DNA of 64,000 nucleotides from Macrostomum lignano (taxonomy: Eukaryota): assembly GCA_002269645.1 (NCBI GenBank), contig NIVC01001371.1, positions 186,001-250,000 of the forward strand, given 5' to 3'. The notes beneath the pieces were generated by a model. The model ran no database searches. It was not told where the DNA came from and saw nothing but the letters and a program-made list of their open reading frames with translations. The translations under genes and the position numbers were made by a program. Every line of letters starts with the position of its first letter. Positions within the stretch are counted from its first letter, which is position 1. This document shows, one piece after another, positions 10,939 through 23,800 of this stretch.

Positions 10939-13900
10939 AGAGAAATCGGGTGCCAAGAGGCCATGAGAAATCGGGCGCCAACAGACAGTGAGAGATCGGG
11001 CGCCAACAGGCCATGAGAAATCGGGCGCCAACAGACAGTGAGAGATCGGGCGCCAACAGGCCATGAGAAATCGGGCGCCAACAGACAGTGAGAAATCGGG
11101 CGCCAACAGGCCATGAGAAATCGGGCGCCAACAGACAGTGAGAGATCGGGCGCCAACAGACAATGAGAAACCGGGCGCCAACAGACAATGAGAAATCGGG
11201 CGCCAACAGGCCATGAGAAATCGGGCGCCAACAGACAATGAGAAATCGGGCGCCAACAGACAATGAGAAATCGGGCGCCAACAGACAATGAGAAATCGGG
11301 CGCCAACAGACAATGAGAAATCGGGCGCCAACAGACAATGAGAAATCGGGCGCCAACTGAAAATGAGAAATCGGGCGCCAAATGAAAATGAGAAATCGGG
11401 CGCCAACAGACAGTGAGAGATCGGGCGCCAACAGGCCATGAGAAATCGGGCGCCAACAGACAGTAAGAGATCGGGCGCCAACAGGCCATGAGAAATCGGG
11501 CGCCAACAGACAGTGAGAGATCGGGCGCCAACAGGCCATGAGAAATCGGGCGCCAACAGACAGTAAGAGATCGGGCGCCAACAGGCCATGAGAAATCGGG
11601 CGCCAACAGACAGTGAGAGATCGGGCGCCAACAGGCCATGAGAAATCGGGCGCCAACAGACAGTGAGAGATCGGGCGCCAACAGGCCATGAGAAATCGGG
11701 CGCCAACAGACAGTGAGAGATCAGGCGCCAACAGGCCATGAGAAATCGGGCGCCAACAGACAGTGAGAAATCGGGCGCCAACAGGCCATGAGAAATCGGG
11801 CGCCAACAGACAATGAGAAATCGGGCGCCAACAGGCCATGAGAAATCGGGCGCCAACAGACAATGAGAAATCGGGCGCCAACAGACAATGAGAAATCGGG
11901 CGCCAACAGACAATGAGAAATCGGGCGCCAACAGACAATGAGAAATCGGGCGCCAACAGACAATGAGAAATCGGGCGCCAACTGAAAATGAGAAATCGGG
12001 CGCCAAATGAAAATGAGAAATCGGGCGCCAACAGACAGTGAGAGATCGGGCGCCAACAGGCCATGAGAAATCGGGCGCCAACAGACAGTAAGAGATCGGG
12101 CGCCAACAGGCCATGAGAAATCGGGCGCCAACAGACAGTGAGAGATCGGGCGCCAACAGGCCATGAGAAATCGGGCGCCAACAGACAGTAAGAGATCGGG
12201 CGCCAACAGGCCATGAGAAATCGGGCGCCAACAGACAGTGAGAGATCGGGCGCCAACAGACAATGAGAAACCGGGCGCCAACAGACAATGAGAAATCGGG
12301 CGCCAACAGGCCATGAGAAATCGGGCGCCAACAGACAATGAGAAATCGGGCGCCAACAGACAATGAGAAATCGGGCGCCAACAGACAATGAGAAATCGGG
12401 CGCCAACAGACAATGAGAAATCGGGCGCCAACAGACAATGAGAAATCGGGCGCCAACTGAAAATGAGAAATCGGGCGCCAAATGAAAATGAGAAATCGGG
12501 CGCCAACAGACAGTGAGAGATCGGGCGCCAACAGGCCATGAGAAATCGGGCGCCAACAGACAGTAAGAGATCGGGCGCCAACAGGCCATGAGAAATCGGG
12601 CGCCAACAGACAGTGAGAGATCGGGCGCCAACAGGCCATGAGAAATCGGGCGCCAACAGACAGTAAGAGATCGGGCGCCAACAGGCCATGAGAAATCGGG
12701 CGCCAACAGACAGTGAGAGATCGGGCGCCAACAGGCCATGAGAAATCGGGCGCCAACAGACAGTGAGAGATCGGGCGCCAACAGGCCATGAGAAATCGGG
12801 CGCCAACAGACAGTGAGAGATCAGGCGCCAACAGGCCATGAGAAATCGGGCGCCAACAGACAGTGAGAAATCGGGCGCCAACAGGCCATGAGAAATCGGG
12901 CGCCAACAGACAGTGAGAGATCGGGCGCCAACAGACAATGAGAAACTGGGCGCCAACAGACAATGAGAAATCGGGCGCCAACTGAAAATGAGAAATCGGG
13001 CGCCAACAGACAATGAGAAATCGGGCGCCAACAGACAATGAGAAATCGGGCGCCAACAGACAATGACAAAATCGGGCGCCAACAGACAATGAGAAATCGG
13101 GCGCCAACAGACAATGACCAAATCGGGCGCCAACAGACAATGAGAAATCGGGCGCCAACTGAAAATGAGAAATCGGGCGCCAACAGACAATGAGAAATCG
13201 GGCGCCAACTGAAAATGAGAAATCGGGCGCCAAATGAAAATGAGAAATCGGGTGCCAACCAACAGGCCATGAGAAACCGGGCACCAACAGACAATGACCA
13301 AATCGGGCGCCAACAGACAATGAGAAATCGGGCGCCAACCAACAGGCCATGAGAAACCGGGCGCCAACAGACAATGACCAAATCGGGCGCCAACAGACAA
13401 TGAGAAATCGGGCGCCAACTGAAAATGAGAAATCGGGCGCCAACAGACAATGAGAAATCGGGCGCCAACTGAAAATGAGAAATCGGGCGCCAAATGAAAA
13501 TGAGAAATCGGGTGCCAACCAACAGGCCATGAGAAACCGGGCACCAACAGACAATGAAAAATCTGGCGCCAACAGACAATGAGAAATCGGGCGCCAACTG
13601 AAAATGAGAAATCGGGCGCCAACAGACAATGAGAAATCGGGCGCCAAATGAAAATGAGAAATCGGGCGCCAACAGACAATGAGAAATCGGGCGCCAACAG
13701 ACAATGAGAAATCGGGCGCCAACAGACAATGAGAAATCGGGCGCCAACATCAATGAGAAATCGGGCGCCAACAGACAATGAGAAATCGGGCGCTAACAGA
13801 CAGTGAGAGATCGGGCGCCAACAGACAATGAGAAATCGGGCGCCAACAGACAGTGAGAAATCGGGCGCCAACTGAAAATGAGAAATCGGGCGCCAACAGA

Positions 13901-15655
13901 CAGTGAGAGATCGGGCGCCAACAGACAATGAGAAACCGGGCGCCAACAGACAATGAGAAATCGGGCGCCAACAGGCCATGAGAAATCGGGCGCCAACAGA
14001 CAATGAGAAATCGGGCGCCAACAGACAATGAGAAATCGGGCGCCAACAGACAATGAGAAATCGGGCGCCAACAGACAATGAGAAATCGGGCGCCAACAGA
14101 CAATGAGAAATCGGGCGCCAACTGAAAATGAGAAATCGGGCGCCAAATGAAAATGAGAAATCGGGCGCCAACAGACAGTGAGAGATCGGGCGCCAACAGG
14201 CCATGAGAAATCGGGCGCCAACAGACAGTAAGAGATCGGGCGCCAACAGGCCATGAGAAATCGGGCGCCAACAGACAGTGAGAGATCGGGCGCCAACAGG
14301 CCATGAGAAATCGGGCGCCAACAGACAGTAAGAGATCGGGCGCCAACAGGCCATGAGAAATCGGGCGCCAACAGACAGTGAGAGATCGGGCGCCAACAGG
14401 CCATGAGAAATCGGGCGCCAACAGACAGTGAGAGATCGGGCGCCAACAGGCCATGAGAAATCGGGCGCCAACAGACAGTGAGAGATCAGGCGCCAACAGG
14501 CCATGAGAAATCGGGCGCCAACAGACAGTGAGAAATCGGGCGCCAACAGGCCATGAGAAATCGGGCGCCAACAGACAGTGAGAGATCGGGCGCCAACAGA
14601 CAATGAGAAACTGGGCGCCAACAGACAATGAGAAATCGGGCGCCAACTGAAAATGAGAAATCGGGCGCCAACAGACAATGAGAAATCGGGCGCCAACAGA
14701 CAATGAGAAATCGGGCGCCAACAGACAATGAGAAATCGGGCGCCAACAGACAATGACAAAATCGGGCGCCAACAGACAATGAGAAATCGGGCGCCAACAG
14801 ACAATGACCAAATCGGGCGCCAACAGACAATGAGAAATCGGGCGCCAACTGAAAATGAGAAATCGGGCGCCAACAGACAATGAGAAATCGGGCGCCAACT
14901 GAAAATGAGAAATCGGGCGCCAAATGAAAATGAGAAATCGGGTGCCAACCAACAGGCCATGAGAAACCGGGCACCAACAGACAATGACCAAATCGGGCGC
15001 CAACAGACAATGAGAAATCGGGCGCCAACCAACAGGCCATGAGAAACCGGGCGCCAACAGACAATGACCAAATCGGGCGCCAACAGACAATGAGAAATCG
15101 GGCGCCAACTGAAAATGAGAAATCGGGCGCCAACAGACAATGAGAAATCGGGCGCCAACTGAAAATGAGAAATCGGGCGCCAAATGAAAATGAGAAATCG
15201 GGTGCCAACCAACAGGCCATGAGAAACCGGGCACCAACAGACAATGAAAAATCTGGCGCCAACAGACAATGAGAAATCGGGCGCCAACTGAAAATGAGAA
15301 ATCGGGCGCCAACAGACAATGAGAAATCGGGCGCCAAATGAAAATGAGAAATCGGGCGCCAACAGACAATGAGAAATCGGGCGCCAACAGACAATGAGAA
15401 ATCGGGCGCCAACAGACAATGAGAAATCGGGCGCCAACATCAATGAGAAATCGGGCGCCAACAGACAATGAGAAATCGGGCGCTAACAGACAGTGAGAGA
15501 TCGGGCGCCAACAGACAATGAGAAATCGGGCGCCAACAGACAATGAGAAATCGGGCGCCAACTGAAAATGAGAAACCGGGCGCCAACAGACAATGAGAAA
15601 TCGGGCGCCAACAGACAATGAGAAATCGGGCGCCAACCAACAGGCCATGAGAAAT
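10939..15655. repeat. 25-bp minisatellite array (~4.7 kb): constant core GAGAAATCGGGCGCCAA plus variable cassette
   Basis: Units GAGAAATCGGGCGCCAA+CAGACAAT/CAGGCCAT/CAGACAGT/CTGAAAAT etc., ~190 copies, with internal kb-scale duplications. Confidence 0.97.
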
Positions 15656-16644
15656 CAAGCGCTAATTTTTAAAGTATGCTGTAGAATCAAGCAAATCTGA
15701 TTAATCAAACAGAGCCTTTCTTGAAGCGATTCGCAAGAAAAGAAACGTTGCTTGATTTTTTTGTCCTTCCTAAATCGTCATTTCATTTAAACCTCAACGC
15801 AAGAAATACCCTTTGTATTCCTGCCAGTTACTGAAGGTAGTTTTGGAAAATTTTAAAAAGTTAATCCTTGTTAGAATCGAAGAGTCATAAATGAGTCACG
15901 CACAGTTTACCAAGCGCGACCACCAAACGCACAGAGACACAGGAAACTGAGGGGGGGGGGGGAGACTCCAACCAGAAATGAAAATCATCCACAATAAAAT
16001 GTAGCCAAACTCCGATGGCGAGCAGCACAGTCTACAGTTGCTGCCAGGCAGGGACCTGTGTCCCAGAAAGTTCCCACACCAGGCTTCCACCACCAGCGCA
16101 TTTGAAAGAAGAGCGAGAAAACTGGAGGTGAGGAGGGGGGCAACACAGAGACGGGGGCTCTCGTTTCACTTTAATCACAGGCTGGCAAAAGGGGCTACAA
16201 GATTGAGGGACAGGAGAGCGAGAGAGGAGAGAGTGGGAAAGAGAGTTGAAGCGCAGTTCCATTCCAGGAAACTCGGAACTATACAGCGCCTTCTCAGCAT
16301 CTCTCGGCATAGGCAGTTGTATCTGCGCGGCGAGGCGGGCCTCGCATTATAAATACAGCCATGCAGACCCACCAGGAGGAGGTCAAGCTTCGTCCAAGAC
16401 GCAATAAGCCCAGCTGGTGGCGACTCAAAATCTGTGTGGCTGTCTTTGGTTTTCTAGCTGTATGACCGAAACCGCTTCAAAACCGCGGGCTCATAAAGCT
16501 AGCCTACCAAAGTAGCCACAACAGACTGAGCAGCGTGTCTGAGCAGTTCAACCAGCCAACTTCCGTGTAATTTCCGGTGAGTAGCTATCAAGCCCGCCCT
16601 GTCAACAGCATCCGGGACTGTAGAAGATATTGTGTTAGTTAATT

Positions 16645-16815
16645 TTCAGGAGTGCCATTGCTCAAGGCACCCTCACACAGGGTGCACAGCGGCCCAGACT
16701 TTCTAGTCGTCGGGCATGTACACTCCCTGTGTCTGAGCCCTCCAAAAAGATTTGGCAGCACGCGAAATCGAACTCTGAGACTTAGGCGCGTGCGAGACGT
16801 ACAGAGATTAACATC
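16645..16815 (-). mobile_element. Possible degenerate CORE-type SINE fragment
   Basis: The reverse strand has a B-box-like GAGTTCGATTTC followed ~90 nt later by GTGCCTTGAGCAATGGCAC. This resembles the GTGTCCTTGAGCAAGACAC core of the SINEs at 49.9 and 63.6 kb. Confidence 0.35.
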
Positions 16816-16996
16816 TAAAGATTTTGATTTTCCATTTACCTATTGCACAGATATTTGCACACTTTAAGTCTATGCTCAATGGTAACCAGCGCCTTGCTGG
16901 ACCTTCGTGAACTACACTGTGTGCCATTCTATTGAGTGATGAAACCATATCTAACACATCTAACAGAAGATCAAACAGGCTGTAGTGTGTTAAACT

Positions 16997-17945
16997 AGAT
17001 GACAGCATATCTAACAGCACACCAGTCTAGATGACAGCATATCGAACAGCACGCCAGTCTAGATGACAGCATGTCTAACAGAACGCCAGTCTAGATGACA
17101 GCATATCTAACAGAACGCCAGTCTAGATGACAGCATATCTAACAGCACGCCAGTCTAGATGACAGCATGTCTAACAGAACGCCAGTCTAGATGACAGCAT
17201 ATCTAACAGAACGCCAGTCTAGATGACAGCATATCTAACAGAACGCCAGTCTAGATGACAGCATATCTAACAGTCTAGATGACAGCATATCTAACAGTCT
17301 AGATGACAGCATATCTAACAGTCTAGATGACAGCATATCTAACAGTCTTGATGACAGCATATCTAACAGTCTAGATGATAGCATATCTAACAGTCTAGAT
17401 GACAGCATATCTAACAGTCTAGATGACAGCATATCTAACAGTCTAGATGACAGCATATCTAACAGTCTAGATGATAGCATATCTAACAGTCTAGATGACA
17501 GCATATCTAACAGTCTAGATGACAGCATATCTAACAGTCTAGATGACAGCATATCTAACAGTCTAGATGACAGCATATCTAACAGTCTAGATGACAGCAT
17601 ATCTAACAGTCTAGATGATAGCATATCTAACAGTCTAGATGACAGCATATTTAACAGTCTAGATGATAGCATATCTAACAGTCTAGATGACAGCATATCT
17701 AACAGTCTAGATGATAGCATATCTAACAGTCTTGATGACAGCATATCTAACAGTCTAGATGATAGCATATCTAACAGTCTAGATGATAGCATATCTAACA
17801 GTCTAGATGACAGCATATCTAACAGTCTAGATGATAGCATATCTAACAGTCTAGATGACAGCATATCTAACAGTCTAGATGACAGCATATCTAACAGTCT
17901 AGATGACAGCATATCTAACAGTCTAGATGACAGCATATCTAACAG
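16997..17945. repeat. Minisatellite: 32-bp units grading into 24-bp units (CTAACAGTCTAGATGACAGCATAT)n
   Basis: Visible. Units from ~17000-17270 carry an extra 8 nt ([A/C]ACGCCAG). Confidence 0.96.
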
Positions 17946-18480
17946 CTGCACTGTGTGCCACTCAGGCGCAGGGCCACCCTAGCAGTTAGACACAGCACAG
18001 CATATTTGGCTAATGATATTTGCGCAGCTAAGCTCAGTTTGGGCAGACACCAACCAACAGTTAACACATTTGTCATTCTGTCTGGACTCCGTCAGTGCTG
18101 CGCATCAAAATGCGAAGCGTTAATGTTCACCGCTACAATCAGAGTTGCCAAATAAGCGCAAGATACTTTTCTGAATGGTAGACGATTAAACTATTAATAA
18201 ATATACTACTGAGAACCAATATACTACTGACATAGTGTAATTTTTTATGAAATTATGAGACAGTTTACACGGTTACTAAATTTGACTAATCGAGTAACAT
18301 GAAACTCAAGTCTTGCAATTAGTGTATTGAATACAAGCGTAGAAATATATAATCATAAATTTAACGCTAACAGCACATTCGGTCAGTCAGATTTAATTTT
18401 CATACATTTACATTTATAAACACAAAGTTAAAAATACAATTTTAAAAACACATTGAACAGGTGAACCGTTATACCGTAAC

Positions 18481-19090
18481 AGCAGGTAAACCTACACACA
18501 CCGGCAGATAAACCTACACACACCGGCAGATAAACCTACACACACCGGCAGGTAAACCTACACACAACGGCAGGTAAACCTACACACACCGGCAGATAAA
18601 CCTACACACACCGGCAGGTAAACCTACACACACCGGCAGGTAAACCTACACACACCGGCAGATAAACCTACACACACCGGCAGGTAAACCTACACACACC
18701 GGCAGATAAACCTACACACACCGGCAGGTAAATCTACACACACCGGCAGGTAAACCTACACACACCGGCAGGTAAACCTACACACACCGGCAGGTAAACC
18801 TACACACACCGGCAGGTAAACCTACACACACCGGCAGATAAACCTACACACACCGGCAGGTAAATCTACACACACCGGCAGGTAAACCTACACACACCGG
18901 CAGGTAAACCTACACACACCGGCAGGTAAACCTACACACACCGGCAGGTAAACCTACACACACCGGCAGGTAAACCTACACACACCGGCAGGTAAACCTA
19001 CACACACCGGCAGGTAAACCTACACACACCGGCAGGTAAACCTACACACACCGGCAGGTAAACCTACACACACCGGCAGGTAAACCTACA
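18481..19090. repeat. 22-bp minisatellite (GGCAGGTAAACCTACACACACC)n
   Basis: About 27 near-perfect units, ending 3 nt from the COQ3 stop codon. Confidence 0.97.
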
Positions 19091-19093
19091 GCA

Positions 19094-19927
19094 TCAATGA
19101 GTGCCAGCAGCTGGCAGTTTCTGCGCCACCAGCCCATAGCTCAGCGACAAGTCCCTACTCCAGGCCCAGCGGCCAGTCAGCGGGTTCAGCCGCATGCCGA
19201 CAGTCAGGCGGGTCTCCAGGCCGCAGTCGGCCAGGCGCCTTCGCAGCTGATCAGGCGGGATGAACAGCCGCCAGTCGTGAGTCCCGGGCGGCACCAGGCG
19301 GAGCAGCCGCTCAGCAGCCACCACGCCGAGCCAGTAGGAGGCGGCCGTCCGGTTGATGGTGGTGACAACCAGACAGCCGCCCGGCCGAAGCAGGTCGGCC
19401 GCCGACCGGAGAAATTCCGGCCAGTTGTCGACGTGCTCGAGGACTTCGCTAGCCACGGCCAAGTCGAATTCGGCCGGCCGGTCGGCAGCCAGCTCGGACA
19501 CCGTCTGGCACCGGAAGGTCAGCCGGCCATCAGCGATTCCAGACTCGGCAGCGGCCGACTGTTGTCGCCGACTGGACGCTGCCTCGACGGACTCGGCGAC
19601 CGGGTCGACGCCGAGCACCCGGACGCCGAGGCGGGCCAGCGGCTCCGCTAGAAGGCCGCCGCCGCAGCCGAGGTCAACCAGTTCGGCGTCGGCGAGGCCG
19701 GCCGGGCCGCGGGCGAAGCTGGCCGCGGTGCGCACCAGAGGAACCCGGAGCCGGTTCAGCGAGTGCAGCGCCTGCAGCGGGCCGGCCCGGTCCCACCAGC
19801 TGTCGGCTAGGCTGGCGAATTTCTGCGCCTCCGCCGCGGATGTCGCCGATGTCGATGCGCTAGACGACGCGGCTGCGGCAGCGGCGGCCTGCGAGCAGAG
19901 GCGGCGAACTGCGGACCGCATGAGCAT
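19094..19927 (-). CDS. COQ3: Ubiquinone biosynthesis O-methyltransferase (UbiG/COQ3), mitochondrial, single coding exon, 277 aa
   Basis: Recognisable motifs KFASLADSWWD.GPLQALHSLNRLR, the SAM motif VDLGCGGGLLAEPLARLG, SEVLEHV, TTINRT and PPGTHDW. The Arg-rich N-terminus MLMRSAVRRLCSQ resembles a mitochondrial presequence. Confidence 0.96.
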   Translation of the reverse strand: MLMRSAVRRLCSQAAAAAAASSSASTSATSAAEAQKFASLADSWWDRAGPLQALHSLNRLRVPLVRTAASFARGPAGLADAELVDLGCGGGLLAEPLARLGVRVLGVDPVAESVEAASSRRQQSAAAESGIADGRLTFRCQTVSELAADRPAEFDLAVASEVLEHVDNWPEFLRSAADLLRPGGCLVVTTINRTAASYWLGVVAAERLLRLVPPGTHDWRLFIPPDQLRRRLADCGLETRLTVGMRLNPLTGRWAWSRDLSLSYGLVAQKLPAAGTH

Positions 19928-20089
19928 GCAAACAATTGCGACAGGGTGGATTGCAAGATCAAATACATCCGAATTTGGGATGGAGAAAAATGCAGTTAGA
20001 GACTCCCGATTTTGGGATTTGTAACTTTGGACTGTTGAATTGGGAATAATGGGTGTCCGGGAATTGGACTAGAGTTAGCGTCCTGGTGA

Positions 20090-20285
20090 AATGGGACTAG
20101 AGGTTTGGGATCTGTGGATTTGGGACTAGAGATTTCGGATCTGTGGATTTGGACTAGAAGTTTTCTGATCTGTGGATTTGGGACTAGAGGTTTGGGATCT
20201 GTGGATTTGGGACTAGAGGTTTGGGATCTGTGGATTTGGGACTAGAGGTTTCGGATCCGTGGAAATGGGACTGGAGGTTTAGGAT
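20090..20285. repeat. Short 29-bp tandem array (GGGACTAGAGGTTTGGGATCTGTGGATTT)n
   Basis: About 6 units sharing GGGACT...GGGATC motifs with the neighbouring 46-bp satellite. Confidence 0.85.
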
Positions 20286-20819
20286 TTAAGATCAGTGTAA
20301 AGATAACTTTTGGGATCCGAGATAAAGCGACTAGATAGAGAATGGGATCTTGGCTAGATGAGACTGATGAAGAACACGGAAAATGATTTTATGCAATTTT
20401 GACGAGAGACGGGACTAAAGCAAAAGCCAAAAACTTTGAGAATGTGTACATTTTAAAAACAACAAAAATGAGACCAGAAGACAGCATACATTCCATACTA
20501 GAATGCCGAGCAATGCTGAACATTATGTGGCTGCTTGTAGCACTAGTATTTAGGTATGTTTCAATGCGTATAGAAATATTAATAACAAGCTATTGCAATA
20601 TGTTGAGCAGGAGAAAAATGATCTGGCACACACAATGAAGTTAAACATTGTAATCTGGAAGAAACTTAAATAAACACGGGACTGTGAATTAGATAGTCTA
20701 GCAAACATGAAATCAACTATACAGAAGTTATGGTACTCGGAATGGATTCGAATAAAGCCAGATCCAAATGGGATTTTGGACAAAAGGGATCAGAGAAAAC
20801 TGGATTTAGATTCGACTTA

Positions 20820-23800
20820 ATATGGGAGACTTGGGATCCAAGAGAAAGGATTAAGAATGGGACTAATTGGGGAGAAATGGGATCCAAGAAAAGGATTAAG
20901 AATGGGACTAATTTGGGAGACTTGGGATCCAAGAGAAAGGATTAGAATGGGACTAATTTGGGAGAAATGGGATCCAAGAGAAAGGATTAGAATGGGACTA
21001 ATTTGGGAGAAATGGGATCCAAGAGAAAGGATTAAGAATGGGACTAATTTGGGAGAAATGGGATCCAAGAGAAAGGATTAAGAATGGGACTAATTCGGGA
21101 GAAATGGGATCCAAGAGAAAGGATTAAGAATGGGACTAATTTGGGAGAAATGGGATCCAAGAAAAAGGATTAAGAATGGGACTAATTTGGGAGACTTGGG
21201 ATCCAAGAGAAAGGATTAGAATGGGACTAATTTGGGAGAAATGGGATCCAAGAGAAAGGATTAAGAATGGGACTAATTGGGGAGAAATGGGATCCAAGAG
21301 AAAGGATTAAGAATGGGACTAATTTGGGAGAAATGGGATCCAAGAGAAAGGATTAAGAATGGGACTAATTTGGAAGAAATGGGATCCAAGAGAAAGGATT
21401 AAGAATGGGACTAATTTGGGAGAAATGGGATCCAAGAAAAAGGATTAAGAATGGGACTAATTGGGGAGAAATGGGATCCAAGAGAAAGGATTAAGAATGG
21501 GACTAATTTGGAAGAAATGGGATCCAAGAGAAAGGATTAAGAATGGGACTAATTTGGGAGAAACGGGATCCAAGAAAAAGGATTAAGAATGGGACTAATT
21601 TGGGAGAAATGGGATCCAAGAGAAAGGATTAAGAATGGGACTAATTTGGGAGAAATGGGATCCAAGAGAAAGGATTAAGAATGGGACTAATTTGGAAGAA
21701 ATGGGATCCAAGAGAAAGGATTAAGAATGGGACTAATTGGGGAGAAATGGGATCCAAGAAAAAGGATTAAGAATGGGACTAATTTGGGAGAAATGGGATC
21801 CAAGAGAAAGGATTAAGAATGGGACTAATTTGGGAGAAATGGGATCCAAGAGAAAGGATTAAGAATGGGACTAATTCGGGAGAAATGGGATCCAAGAGAA
21901 AGGATTAAGAATGGGACTAATTTGGAAGAAATGGGATCCAAGAGAAAGGATTAAGAATGGGACTAATTTGGGAGAAATGGGATCCAAGAAAAAGGATTAA
22001 GAATGGGACTAATTGGGGAGAAATGGGATCCAAGAGAAAGGATTAAGAATGGGACTAATTTGGAAGAAATGGGATCCAAGAGAAAGGATTAAGAATGGGA
22101 CTAATTTGGGAGAAACGGGATCCAAGAAAAAGGATTAAGAATGGGACTAATTTGGGAGAAATGGGATCCAAGAGAAAGGATTAAGAATGGGACTAATTTG
22201 GGAGAAATGGGATCCAAGAGAAAGGATTAAGAATGGGACTAATTTGGGAGAAATGGGATCCAAGAAAAAGGATTAAGAATGGGACTAATTGGGGAGAAAT
22301 GGGATCCAAGAGAAAGGATTAAGAATGGGATTAATTTGGAAGAAATGGGATCCAAGAGAAAGGATTAAGAATGGGACTAATTTGGGAGAAACGGGATCCA
22401 AGAAAAAGGATTAACAATGGGACTAATTTGGGAGAAATGGGATCCAAGAGAAAGGATTAAGAATGGGACTAATTGGGGAGAAATGGGATCCAAGAGAAAG
22501 GATTAAGAATGGGACTAATTTGGGAGAAATGGGATCCAAGAGAAAGGATTAAGAATGGGACTAATTTGGAAGAAATGGGATCCAAGAGAAAGGATTAAGA
22601 ATGGGACTAATTTGGGAGAAATGAATCCAAGAGAAAGGATTAAGAATGGGACTAATTTGGGAGAAATGGGATCCAAGAGAAAGGATTAAGAATGGGACTA
22701 ATTTGGGAGAAACGGGATCCAAGAAAAAGGATTAAGAATGGGACTAATTTGGGAGAAATGGGATCCAAGAGAAAGGATTAAGAATGGGACTAATTTGGGA
22801 GAAATGGGATCCAAGAGAAAGGATTAAGAATGGGACTAATTTGGGAGAAATGGGATCCAAGAGAAAGGATTAAGAATGGGACTAATTCGGGAGAAATGGG
22901 ATCCAAGAGAAAGGATTAAGAATGGGACTAATTTGGAAGAAATGGGATCCAAGAGAAAGGATTAAGAATGGGACTAATTTGGGAGAAATGGGATCCAAGA
23001 AAAAGGATTAAGAATGGGACTAATTGGGGAGAAATGGGATCCAAGAGAAAGGATTAAGAATGGGACTAATTTGGAAGAAATGGGATCCAAGAGAAAGGAT
23101 TAAGAATGGGACTAATTTGGGAGAAACGGGATCCAAGAAAAAGGATTAAGAATGGGACTAATTTGGGAGAAATGGGATCCAAGAGAAAGGATTAAGAATG
23201 GGACTAATTTGGGAGAAATGGGATCCAAGAGAAAGGATTAAGAATGGGACTAATTTGGGAGAAATGGGATCCAAGAAAAAGGATTAAGAATGGGACTAAT
23301 TGGGGAGAAATGGGATCCAAGAGAAAGGATTAAGAATGGGATAATTTGGAGAAATGGGATCCAAGAGAAAGGATTAAGAATGGGACTAATTTGGGAGAAA
23401 CGGGATCCAAGAAAAAGGATTAAGAATGGGACTAATTTGGGAGAAATGGGATCCAAGAGAAAGGATTAAGAATGGGACTAATTTGGGAGAAATGGGATCC
23501 AAGAGAAAGGATTAAGAATGGGACTAATTTGGGAGAAATGGGATCCAAGAGAAAGGATTAAGAATGGGACTAATTTGGGAGAAATGGGATCCAAGAGAAA
23601 GGATTAAGAATGGGACTAATTTGGGAGAAATGGGATCCAAGAAAAAGGATTAAGAATGGGACTAATTGGGAGAAATGGGATCCAAGAGAAAGGATTAAGA
23701 ATGGGATAATTTGGAGAAATGGGATCCAAGAGAAAGGATTAAGAATGGGACTAATTTGGGAGAAACGGGATCCAAGAAAAAGGATTAACAATAGGACTAA

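Noticed and set aside
10797-15658. 600-1246-aa ORFs in all three minus frames; CRISPR-like appearance
   Set aside because: A 25-bp unit without minus-strand stops cycles through all frames. The variable parts are ~8 nt and reused, the context is eukaryotic, and there are no cas genes.
15900-16620. GC-richer segment with TATAAATA and short ORFs; considered as a solo LTR or RT remnant
   Set aside because: No TG...CA boundaries with a TSD and no recognisable protein motif in the translations I checked.
17235-17951. 238-aa (LLDMLSSR)n ORF
   Set aside because: Pure 24-bp tandem repeat with no flanking exon context.
19097-20024. Plus-strand ORFs overlapping COQ3 (likewise those antisense to DXO, RSPH4/6 and SEC24)
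   Set aside because: Shadow ORFs of GC-rich coding sequence with no independent motifs.
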